A DNA stretch of 61,330 nucleotides, the filler included, from Nemertoderma westbladi (taxonomy: Eukaryota > Animalia > Xenacoelomorpha), in NCBI GenBank assembly GCA_032718475.1. It is 3 parts of 3 records of this genome, joined end to end, with 100 filler letters (N's around TTAATTAATTAA, not from the genome) between each part and the next. Parts side by side here need not be neighbours in the genome. Positions count along the whole stretch, not along the records: positions 22,995 to 43,630 come from JAUCBJ010001477.1; positions 43,731 to 61,330 come from JAUCBJ010008211.1; 1 more part is not named here. One strand, written 5' to 3'. Under the pieces are notes generated by a model, which did no database searches, was not told the origin of the DNA, and saw nothing but the letters and a program-made list of their open reading frames with translations. Positions 36,790 to 48,325 of this stretch are shown piece after piece. Positions within the stretch are counted from its first letter, which is position 1. Each line of letters opens with the position of its first letter. A program made the position numbers and the translations under genes.

Positions 36790-37380
36790 ATGGGATGAAA
36801 TTGGAATTGGGATGTGTGAAGGTGGATGGGAATGTGGGGAGGTGGATGGGTATGTGGGAAGGTGGATGGGAATGTGGGAAGGTGGATGGGTATGTGGTAA
36901 GGTGAGTGGGAATGAGGATGGGAAGGTGGGTGGGGATGTAGATGGGTATGTAGGAAGGTGGGTGGGAATGTGGGACGATGGGCATGTGGGAAGGTGGATG
37001 GGAAGATGGAACTGCAGCATGATGGGAAGGTGGATGGAAATTTGGGAAGATGGGCTACTTTCCCTCAATTTGTAGGTAACAACATCGTTTATTGTTTTGG
37101 TTAGAAAATGCTACTGCTATAACCTGCTGGTAGGTAACAACAGCGTTTATTGATTCCCACATTCCCATCCACCTTCCTAGATTCCCACATTCACATCAAC
37201 TTTGACACATTTCCATCTTCCTCCATTCCCATCCACCTTCCCATCTTCCCACATTCCCATCCACCCTCCCACATTCCTATCCACCTTCCTACATCCCCAT
37301 CAACATTCCCATCCACCTTCCGACACTCCCATCCATCTTCCACATTCCCATCCACCTTCCCATCCACCCACCTACATTCT
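36790..37380. repeat. Inverted pair of short tandem arrays (GGAAGGTGGATGGGAATGTG)n and (CACATTCCCATCCACCTTCC)n
   Basis: The G-rich array (36790-37050) and C-rich array (37153-37380) are reverse complements around a ~100-bp loop containing CGTTTATTGTTTTGGTTAGAA. Confidence 0.85.
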
Positions 37381-37522
37381 CACTCACCGTCCGACCTGCT
37401 GATCAACAGACTATCCCCCCTAAAAAATAAAGGACTTCGCGCAGCACGTGATTACCAAAATACACAGTAAATGTACTGTATAATATAAGTCTGTGACCTC
37501 ATATTTTATATTATCTGGCAAA

Positions 37523-37743
37523 GGCTACTGACCGGACCCATTGCCATTTAAAGGAGCAGGTTATAGAGGCGTGTTGGGGGAACTAAAACGATAAACGAAA
37601 GTTAACACATGTTACAAGATTATGCAGGTTACTAAATTGTGGTAATAATGGGTCCGGTCAATAATACACAAGTAAAATATAAATCAAATATAAAGCTTCA
37701 ATACGGTATTTAGAGGGTCCGGTCATGGGTCCGGTCAGTAGCC
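37523..37743. mobile_element. Small MITE
   Basis: TIR GGCTACTGACCGGACCCAT...ATGGGTCCGGTCAGTAGCC. Confidence 0.7.
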
Positions 37744-39581
37744 ACTTATTAATTATCTTAACAGTTTGTTTTTGTTTGATTTATTTATTTTCGAACGGAC
37801 CAGTAATAAATTAAATTGTAGCGCTGTTGTCAAAAATACCACCCAATTTAATTTGGTTAGGTATATTTGGTATAAACCACACAGGGATATTATTAATTTT
37901 TTATTAATATTCTAGCCCGTGAGAAATTAAGGGCTTAGATGGCTGTACGGGGGGGGGGGGGGGGGGGGGATTTGGGATTGGATGTTATTTAATATCCTAA
38001 AATGAGATTGACAAACTTCAGATTTTTATTGCATTCCATACATTTGCTTGGGATTTCCACACCACCAATCAATACCTTTTATATTAGCTATATGATTTAT
38101 CCTTTGGTATATGTTCTTGTTGAGTAATAATGACTCTTTCTGCCTACGCCCACTAATTGCCAACCATTGGTTTCCTTATTCTAGTTTCGGTTCATCATCC
38201 TATAAGATAACCAACCATCAGGCAAGCCCTTAGTAAGTTCGAAGGTTACCCTAGCAACACTCTGACATGGCATGAATGTAAACACCGTTTCGCAATTTGC
38301 CAGCTTGTTAGTCAGCTGGCGTTTCTATAAGATATCAACTACTGTATTGGTACCAGCTGATTTGGGATATATGGAAATATCCCAGATGCAACGTATGTAC
38401 CAAAAGCCTATCCTTTCTATTCAGAATCGCAGATCGGTAGGCCAATACTGCAATAAGCGATTATTAGACGCTAACACTTTCAAACTACCGAACTATTGTT
38501 TGAGTACAGGGCTAAAGCCTAGCCTAGTTCAGTACGTAGTTACGGCAGCCTACAGTCAGACAGACCAGCAGTTTACAGTTACAATCAGATAATGGCAAGT
38601 CAAAATTGCAAGTGGTACCCTAAGCTAAACTGTTTAACCCAAAAAATCGGTCTTGTAAATTGAACTAAAAGTAAGGTTGTAAATGCAACGTTGAACGTAC
38701 AGGTACCAGTAACGTTGCCGTACCCGCTCTACGTGATAAGCAACCATCCCAAACCGATTAGAGCCTCCCTCATTCCTATATTATTATACATACAGCAGGT
38801 TTACTGGCCCCTGCTAGCCGCTATACGTCTATCTACATATGATAGATCTATAGGTATAGATACTCTACAGCTCTATGATCTATATACAGATATAATATTT
38901 CAACCCGACAGCAATCCGACGTTGGGCGTTACCGTTACCGTTGTATAAACTCTGAGACTGCATCACTAATTTATTTATATCTGTATTATTGTGTATTGCA
39001 GTATTGTATCTTACAAAGTGCGGTACCCTGCTTACTATATACCGGTACGCCCACCAGTCCCACTTTGCAGCCAGTGGTTTAATTCATTGCTGCATTGCCT
39101 TGAACATCTCTGGTTTCAGTCTCAGACCAGGAGGTCGTGAGTACCAGCCCATCAAGGTGCAAGGGCAATGGCAGAATGGGGGTCGGAGCCTAACTGCCTA
39201 AGGCCAGAAGGCGTCACTGTCAGCCGTCAGGAAGATTTTCATTTCAGCGTGAATTCTTCAAAGTGACTAACCAAGTCTCATCTGTGCGTCTGTGCCCTTT
39301 TCACTTTGGAGGGCACAGATAAGTATTCAAGTCACTATCACTACACCGTTAGATGCTAGCTAGGCCTGCCACAAGAAGATATAATTAATTTTTTCTGCAA
39401 CTTTATTTACACCTACCGGTACCTAATTGCTAAATATTTAAAATTTAAATCATTGATTTGATATTCTACCACTACCGGTTGTTGCATCGGACAGCTTCGA
39501 CGTCAATAAACCGATAAATTATCAGTTTTGGTTGCCGAGGAAACAGGAAGAAGTGTGGAAGTTTAGGATAGAAATTAGAAG

Positions 39582-40587
39582 ATGTCGTCTCCCAGTCCTG
39601 GTAAACGACGGATGGACACAGATGTAATCAAATTGTATCCTTTTTATGCTGAAATTTATTCACTCAGCTACACGCAAACTCACAGGCCTACCATATATTT
39701 ATTTTAATATTGACTTCTTCACATGTTCCTACAAGATTACCTCCTATTATAAACATCCGATTTTTCCACACTCTATCTGGTACTGATGGTGCCCCTACCC
39801 TAAAGATCCCCCATGAGGTATCCCATTTGTATTTATTTAACCATGGTGATCAATGTATTATAAGTCTGCTAGGCATTTACCATTTTTTTCCTCATGTATG
39901 TAATCAATTTATGCATCCCATCCCTGCGTTATTAAGCCTAGTATGTGCCTTCGCTAAAAAATACTATTTTCCTTAACTGCCGAAATTATCTGCTCAGAAT
40001 TGAGAGTAAACACGAAGTGACGATATTAGGGGGACTAAACGAGTTTATCGTGAAGTTTTACGGTCCCACCGGCACTACGTACGAGGGAGGCATATGGAAA
40101 GTACGGGTAGATTTACCAGACAAATACCCATTCAGGAGTCCCTCCATTGGTAAGTTGTCCGTCTCAGTGATTTACTGTTTCAGTAATAATGTATGACTCA
40201 TTATTGACTGCAGGGATATTGACGATGTTGTAAGATGATTATTATTAGTGGTTATAATACTATTGTAACTTTTTAGGTTTTATCAACAAGATTTACCACC
40301 CAAACATTGACGAGGCTTCCGGGACCGTTTGTCTAGACGTCATTAACCAATCGTGGACGGCGCTTTATGGTAAGTGAGTTTTACTGGCCCCAATAATATA
40401 TTTCATTATTTGTTCCATATTCACTCAATATATTTGATTGATTGATTATTTGTTCCAGATTTACTCAATATATTTGAGTCGTTCCTGCCCCAGCTTCTCT
40501 CCTACCCCAACCCTATCGACCCACTCAATGGCGATGCTGCTTCGCTATACTTACATAAACCAGAGGATTTTAAAAAGAAAGTCAAAG
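39582..40587 (+). CDS. UBE2H: Ubiquitin-conjugating enzyme E2 H; exons 39582-39634, 39998-40149, 40277-40369, 40459-40587; last exon not seen before the gap
   Basis: Spliced translation [25 protein letters not shown]...[72 protein letters not shown]..., with GT-AG boundaries and consistent phases. Confidence 0.96.
39635..39997 (+). other. U12-type (minor spliceosome) GT-AG intron
   Basis: 5' site GTATCCTTT, branch point TTTCCTTAAC at 39968-39977, and CAG acceptor 20 nt downstream with no polypyrimidine tract. Confidence 0.93.
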
Positions 40588-40591
40588 GTTA

Positions 40592-41714
40592 GTAGAAGGG
40601 ACCCAACCTTTAGGTGGGCGATGTGGAAGGGACCCAACATTTAGGTGGGCGATGTAAAGGGACCCAATCTTTAGGTGGGCGATGTAGAAGGGACCCAACA
40701 TTTAGATGGGCGATGTAGAAGGGACCCAACCTTTAGGTGTTCGTAGAAGGGACCCAACCTTTAGGTGGGCGATGTAGATGGGACCCAACCTTTAGGTGGG
40801 CGATATAGAAGGGACCCAACCTTTAGGTGGGCGATGTAAAGGGACCCAACCTTTAGGTGGGCGATGTAGAAGGGACCCAACCTTTAGGTGTTCGTAGAAG
40901 GGACCCAACCTTTAGGTGGGCGATGTAAAGGGACCCAACCTTTAGGTGGGCGATGTAAAGGGACCCAACCTTTAGGTGGGCGATGTAGAAGGGACCCAAC
41001 CTTTAGGTGTTCGTAGAAGGGACCCAACCTTTAGGTGTTCGTAGAAGGGACCCAACCTTTAGGTGGGCGATGTGGAAGGGACCCAACATTTAGGTGGGCG
41101 ATATAGAAGGGACCCAACATTTAGGTGGGCGATGTAGAAGGGTTCCAACCTTTAGGTGGGCGATGTAGAAGGGACCCAACCTTTAGGTGGGCAATGTAGA
41201 AGGGATCCAACCTTTAGGTGGGCGATGTAGAAGGGACCCAACCTTTAGGTGTTCGTAGAAGGGACCCAACCTTTAGGTGGGCGATGTAGAAGGGATCCAA
41301 CCTTTAGGTGGGCGATGTAGAAGGGACCCAACCTTTAGGTGGGCGATGTAGAAGGGACCCAACCTTTAGGTGTTCGTAGAAGGGACCCAACCTTTAGGTG
41401 GGCGATGTAGAAGGGATCCAACCTTTAGGTGGGCGATGTAGAAGGGATCCAACCTTTAGGTGGGCGATGTAGAAGGGACCCAACCTTTAGATGGGCGATG
41501 TAGAAGGGACCCAACCTTTAGGTGTTCGTAGAAGGGACCCAACCTTTAGGTGGGCGATGTAGAAGGGTTCCAACCTTTAGGTGGGCGATGTAGAAGGGAC
41601 CCAACCTTTAGGTGGGCGATGTAGAAGGGACCCAACCTTTAGGTGGGCGATGTAAAAGGGACCCAACCTTTAGGTGGGCGATGTAGAAGGGACCCAACCT
41701 TTAGGTGGGCGATG
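40592..41714. repeat. Intronic minisatellite, 31-bp unit GTAGAAGGGACCCAACCTTTAGGTGGGCGAT
   Basis: Tandem copies starting 4 nt after the UBE2H exon 4 donor. Confidence 0.96.
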
Positions 41715-41973
41715 TTAACCAAAACAATAAACTAAGCACAATAGAACAGGTTACAGTTTTATTTTTGAGAATAATCAGCTGTTATATTTGCGTCGAATTT
41801 CCCCTGGAGAGGGATGAATTTTTATTGCGTCCAGTCCCCCCCCCCCCCCCCCCCCCCCCATATCTGGTCGTCCAAGCGGCAGAATTTAATACCTCGTGCT
41901 GGTACTTTGATTTAGGAATTACACAACAATTACAATATCAACACAATTTATTGTAAGTTCTTATTGGAGATAA

Positions 41974-43457
41974 GTTGTGGGTGGGACAGCAAGTAACGCC
42001 CGTTGTGGGTGGGACAGCAAGTAACGCCCGTTGTGGGTGGGACAGCAAATAACGCCCGTTGTGGGTGGGACAGCAAGTAACGCCTGTTGTTTGTGGGACA
42101 GCAAGTAACGCCTGTTGTGTGTGGGACAGCAAGTAACGCCCGTTGTGGGTGGGACAGCAAGTAACTCCCGTTGTGGGTGGGACAGCAAGAAACTCCCGTA
42201 GTGGGTGGGACAGCAAGTAACGCCCGTCATGGGTGGGACAGCAAGTAACGCCCGTTGTGGGTGGGACAGCAAGTAACGCCCGTTGTGGGTGGGACAGCAA
42301 GTAACGCCCGTTGTGGGTCGGACAGCAAGTAACGCCCGTTGTAGGTGGGGCAGCAAGTAACGCCCGTTTTGGGTGGGACAGCAAGTAACGCCCGTTGTGG
42401 GTGGGACAGCAAGTAACGCCCGTTGTGGGTGGGACAGCAAGTAACTCCCGTTGTGGGTGGGACAGCAAGAAACTCCCGTTGTGGGTGGGACAGCAAGTAA
42501 CGCCCGTTATGGGTGGGACAGCAAGTAACGCCCGTTCGATGTGGGACACCAAGTAACGCCCGTTGGATGTGGGACAGCAAGTAACGCCTGTTGTGGGTCG
42601 GACAGCAAGTAACGTTGTGGGTGGGACAGCAAGTAACGCCCGTTCTGAGGGGGGGGGGGGGACAGCAAGTAACGCCCGTTGTGGGTCGGACAGCAAGTAA
42701 CTCCAGTTTGTGGGTGGGACAGCAAGTAACGCCCGTTGTGGATGGGACAGCAAGTAACGCCTGTTGTGTGTGGGACAGCAAGTAACGCCTGTTGTGTGTG
42801 GGACAGCAAGTAACGCCCGTTGTGGGTGGGACAGCAAGTAACTCCCGTTGTGGGTGGGACAGCAAGAAACTCCCGTTGTGGGTGGGACAGCAAGTAACGC
42901 CCGTTATGGGTGGGACAGCAAGTAACCCCCGTTGTGGGTGGGACAGCAAGTAACGCCCGTTGTGGGTGGGACAGCAAGTAACTCCCGTTGTGAGTGGGAC
43001 AGCAAGAAACTCCCGTTGTGGGTGGGACAGCAAGTAACGCCCGTCATGGGTGGGACAGCAAGTAACGCCCGTTGTGGGTGGGACAGCAAGTAACGCCCGT
43101 TGTGGGTCGGACAGCAAGTAACGCCCGTTGTAGGTGGGTCAGCAAGTAACGCCCGTTATGGGTGGGACAGCAAGTAACGCCCGTTGTGGGTGGGACAGCA
43201 AGTAACGCCCGTTGTGGGTGGGACAGCAAGTAACTCCCGTTGTGGGTGGGACAGCAAGAAACTCCCGTTGTGGGTGGGACAGCAAGTAACGCCCGTTGTG
43301 GGTGGGACAGCAAGTAACGTTGTGGGTGGGACAGCAAGTAACTTCCGTTCTGGGGGGGGGGGGGGGGGGACAGCAAGTAACGCCCGTTGTGGGTCGGACA
43401 GCAAGTAACGCCCGTTTGTGGGTGGGACAGCAAGTAACGCCCGTTGTGGGTGGGACA
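41974..43457. repeat. Minisatellite, 28-bp unit GGGACAGCAAGTAACGCCCGTTGTGGGT
   Basis: About 1.5 kb of tandem copies. Confidence 0.96.
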
Positions 43458-43630
43458 TTTTGCTTGTAATTTAAAATAAATAGTAAAAGTTCGAGTTGAA
43501 AAAATTGGAAATAAGTTAAGTGTGTTCAGTTCATATGATTCACTAGTCGCAAAATATATTGCCGTGCCTCGTATTCGTGATTCTGCCATTCAATTAATAT
43601 GGCGGCGTAACAACTTTATACGATATATCG

Positions 43631-43730
43631 NNNNNNNNNNNNNNNNNNNNNNNNNNNNNNNNNNNNNNNNNNNNTTAATTAATTAANNNNNNNNNNNNNN
43701 NNNNNNNNNNNNNNNNNNNNNNNNNNNNNN
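43631..43730. other. Assembly spacer (N44-TTAATTAATTAA-N44)
   Basis: Same artificial linker as at 22895. Confidence 0.97.
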
Positions 43731-45043
43731 TGCAATATATTAGTGTTTATTACGTATTTAATTACTTACAATATATTTAGTGCGACGGCAAGAAATAATT
43801 ATTTTTCTCTTTCCTTACTGTCCGTATTATATTATAAATGCGAGACTATAGTAAGATGACATGTCAGTACTTCTTAAAGTACGGTAAAGCCACTACTATA
43901 TTTAAGTATTATTGGTAGGCAGAGTATTAGGAATGCAAAGTTCAGATCCTCGTGTCTCGGCTAAACCAAGCTCTGGGTAGACCTTGGAAACGACTTGCCT
44001 CTTCACACTGACATTGCTTCGTGCGATATTGCTCTTCTACCTTATAACAAATAATACATATAGTAGCGTGATGTCCCTCTAACAGTAGCGTCAATCGCAA
44101 ATAAATCTGTTAAACTTTTGACCATCTGTAATTCTAGTCGATTAAGATATCGTGGCACCTACCGATACTCTTAAAAGACAAATTTCATAGAATTGAGGAT
44201 CTTATGTCCCCAGACTTGCTCTGGAATAAAATTTATGTCAATTTAACATCAAATAATAAAATTCACGGGAATAAATTAAATTCATATTTAAATGAATTTC
44301 ATAAATTGTCATTTTGTGCAATTTATAACATTCCCAAAATTCCAGTAATTAATAGATCATGGGAGCGGAGATTCATATTGAGTGTATTAGAGTGTGAGAA
44401 TCTCCAGCATATAGTCAATAGCCGATAAAATTTATAAAATCATGCATAAAGAGGATATTGACAATTAAAGAATTACTATTAAATAACATCCCAGATCTGT
44501 ATACATGAGGATTGCCCTAATTCTACCGCTAGTTTTCCATAATGTCACCATGGCAACACCCACGCTAGAATTAGAAGCAAGTTAAAAGAACAATAAAAGG
44601 CTTGCCCCATTGCGTAGCATAAGAGTATACATAGCGCACTATTAGTATCCAAGGATACATAGTAAATACGTGACATTCTGGAAGACACTGACTAACAGAC
44701 AAATGGTATGCATGTGTGCAGTAAGTAATGATTGTATGGAATTTGTGCGTTTATAGGTGAATGTTACTACTAAAGTGTGTTTACAGTAGCTAATCGCAAT
44801 TGTAAAATAGCCCTAACTCTACCGAGATAACCTCAAGTGGATTCAAGCCTTTGGGACGGACAGTGGTGGGACTTGTGCCGGTTATCGTTGTCGTGCTGTG
44901 CTACATGTTGGCGTAAACACTGCGACAGCGGTACATCGGCGCTGAGAAACCCACTGTCCGGGGGCAAAAGGCCTAGTAGGAAGCGACGCCCGCTTACCTA
45001 AAATATTAACGTATATTGATATTAACAAACTCAGATAGCAAAT

Positions 45044-47898
45044 ATGACGGAATTAATAGAAGATGACCTTGGTATTAGAGAGCGATATACTCTACCTTTA
45101 CAAGCGTTTGTGGATAGCTTGATACGCGGTGAAGCTGATCCGACTATTACGGAGGACGATGGGCGCTATATCGAACCGCCGATGTCCCAGGAACAACTTA
45201 CGCGCGAAGCGGACTATAGAAAATTCACCGCTCGCTATACGAATCGTAATGGTACGTATATGGACTTCTTAACTACCGGCCATCCTACCGATTTACATGA
45301 TACCGATGATGTAGACACCGAAAGGGAAATGGTTTTATTCCAATATCATACTCAGCGGAATCGTAATGATAAACCGAGAATAGAACACGAGAACTCTATT
45401 CGCAACCTACTCGACAGAGAAAACGTTGAAGAACCCGATAAGCGTATCAACTTCAACGACTACGTGGAATTTTTGCGGGAAACCTATCTCAATATTGCCA
45501 GTCAACAGAACTTAGAGACTCGATATCCTCAAGGTATCCATCACGATCCCATGGTAGAACTCAAACGACTCTATTTCACCATGATGTATCTTACCGCAGA
45601 TCGTCCACTGCCTGTTGTCCCGGACAGTTTTGAACAAATGGAAGAGTATTGCAAAACTGGAGAACGATCACCCGCGTTTCCTCTGCAGGACGTACGTCTT
45701 TGGTATTATTGTGACTCATGTCCTAGACCTAACCAGCAAACGGAAAGACATAAACATCCGCGGAGACGTTGTGCTAAACACAGTTTTACGCGTTATACTT
45801 ACGGGAGTTTCGAGCGAAACCTGTTCGACGTATCCCCTGCGATCGCCCGTTTAAAACGATCGCTAAATAAACCCATGATCAGAGTTCCGGAATACTCGGT
45901 CAGACCTCCCCATTTCCCCGTGAGACCTCAAACTCTTGATCCTAACAGTATCACAGATCCTCCCGAATTATACTCACTGTTCAAGGATTTGGTGTTACCC
46001 GAGCAGCTAATCGGTGGTGCTCCGGCGGTAGGTTCGTTAGATATTCGACCATCCTATTTAACCGGACTGGGACGCGGACATCTAATCTCGCCTTTTAATC
46101 CTTACAACCGGCCAGGATTAACGCCGATACAGCCTGCCACGGAAGTCGAGGAGAGTGTCATTAGAAACGCTCTAGACGCCATCCGACAGAAAATCGGAAA
46201 GGGAACCCAGGATTTTCTAGAGAAACGTAAATTACAGCAGCAGGTCCAATCGGTAAAAGAGCTAGCCTTGCCGCAGTTTGATAGAGAAATCCAAAACCTC
46301 GAAGAGGACATCGAGCTTGGACGTACGTATTCTCTGCAGGCGTTTCTGGAAGAACGCTTGCAGAAACAAGCGGAGGAGAATCAACTGGAGGAGAGGCATA
46401 CGGAAATGGATGAGAGGGAAGAAGCCGCTTTAGCCCAACCCGAAACTCAGATACTCATAACCGATCTCTACTCTAAAACCGTCCGTCATCCCTCGATGGT
46501 TCCGCATTTCGGAGATAAACTTTTCGCAAAGATACAACCCCAACCGGTTGATATCAGCATAAGATCGCAAAATCTTATCGCCGACGCTCCTATGTTACAG
46601 CGTCCGCCAATCGAGGCCGCTCGAGTTGACGGTATACTCGTTGAACCTCCGGACAATCGAGCGGATCTTGTCCGTCGTATGATACACGATGTCAACATAC
46701 GCGCTAGACCTTTACAGAACTCTTTTTATGGAATTAAAGATCACCCTTATTACGTTAATCTGACTCAATATTATATGGTAAAACCAGAAGATCCTATGCA
46801 TGATTTAAAGTTCCTACCACTAATAAATCCTCTGGACATTGTCGAACTCGAACAATTGCAAAAACATCTGGATCAATTAGTAAAGGCAAACTCATTTCGA
46901 AAACCATACAACGTTTCTCGAATACTGCGTATGATTATCGCCATGCCAATTATGTTTCTCGACAACGTTGTCGGCTGTGCGCATCGAGAGACCATATTAC
47001 GTCTATGGACACCAACGATCTTTGTTCCTATTTCCACGAGCAACCGTCGATGGAAATCTATTGTGCATATTGTCGGCTTAATAATTTGCACATTTTTGCC
47101 GTCTGCCCCCAATTTATGACTCAATGCCATCGTTGTCAATTAAAAGGACACGCCAGCTTTGATTGTCCCTTTAACCATGATTTAGAGAGCGTAGATGAAA
47201 TGATTGTACTACGTTATATCAGAGCTTGGGAAGCGAACGCTGATTTACATTGTGACTCACGCCATCGCTATTATCCCGGACGCGCCTACGAAGGAGTTTA
47301 TGCGTTCCATCCATATTTGTTTGCCTCCGTCGAGCAGAAATCGCGCCTATCAAGTTATGAACTGTTGAAGCGCGTTGGAGAATGTATTTCAACCAAATAT
47401 GTACGTAAATTTCTCAGGAGCATTAATCCGAGTGACATCCAGTCTTACAACTTAATAAACTTTATCCGTCAAGACCCTGCCTATGGAGACTTATTCGTCA
47501 ACTCACACCCTGAGTTACAAGAAGTATATCGACGGCCTTACGAGTATCGAGCCCGCGAACGCGAGTTAGAAAGAACCATTAAACCAAGGAAGTTTCTAAC
47601 TGCCTATGGTCCACCCACGGCCCTCGTTCAGACCACTCGTAAAGGACCCGTAAGAGCGGCTGTCTTGAAACGAGCTCTCAAAGCCGTTAGACCCCTCTCC
47701 CCTGACGTTGATGTTAATCAACCCGGTACTTCGACCGGCGGATATACCGATCGCAATCCCATACCTTCTGATGCAATCATATTGCACCCTTCACCCAGGA
47801 GTTATAGCCCTCCTAGTAAAGTGGCTCGCCCCAAAGAGAAAAGGACTCTTGCTAGCTTCAAAAAACTGCGTAAACGCCGTCCGCGCAAGAAAGACTAA
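45044..47898 (+). CDS. Uncharacterised ~950-aa intronless protein with a coiled coil and three CCHC-type zinc knuckles; split by one -1 frameshift at ~46860-46950
   Basis: The 691-aa ORF overlaps a second frame that is open from 46804 to 47898. That frame encodes CRLCASRDH...C, CAYCRLNNLHIFAVC and CHRCQLKGHASFDC, plus a basic C-terminal tail (KKLRKRRPRKKD). A further CDSC...H...C motif lies near 45710. Confidence 0.7.
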
Positions 47899-48239
47899 CT
47901 GTTTAGAGTATTTTTGTATTTTAGAAACTGTGATTTTGTATATTTTATAGACTTAAATCCCATTTTCTGGGAGCGGTGTAAAAGCTTTTGTGGGATAACT
48001 GATACGTTTGCCTTTGCTGGCCAGTTCCCCCCCAGGCGCTGGAATACTCTAAAAAAGGTTTTCTAGCTGTATATATATTCCCCTCGCCCGCAAGGTACCT
48101 TTACAGGGGTTTTAACGGACATAAAAGTAATTCTGCTATATACGTGTTTTAGTGGACATGGTAAGACAAAAAACTTGTAATGCACCAACCACCTTTCACA
48201 GCTTAGCCGTGATGATTCATATTACGACATCTAGCAGCT

Positions 48240-48325
48240 GGTTGCTGACATGGAAACAGCCATTGGCCGCGTGGTTCTTTGTTTGGCTTGGGCCAATCAG
48301 GGCGGTTTTTCCTGTCGACGTGTAG
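48240..48325 (+). promoter_or_regulatory. Possible promoter cluster (two CCAAT boxes, GC-box-like and X-box-like motifs)
   Basis: ATTGG at ~48262, GGCCAATCAG at ~48291, GGGCGG at ~48300 and GTTGCTGACATGGAAAC at 48241. It may drive the downstream kinase gene (inference). Confidence 0.3.

Noticed and set aside
39100-39210. Resemblance to RNase P (GGTCTGAGACT on the minus strand) or to a telomerase template (GCCTAAC)
   Set aside because: The other conserved regions of these RNAs were not found, and the matches are too short.
41938-43589. Cys-rich repeat ORFs (TGVTCCPTHNGRYLLSHPQRALLAVPP)
   Set aside because: The 28-bp unit is not a multiple of 3, so the peptide cycles through all frames. The array lies in a UBE2H intron.
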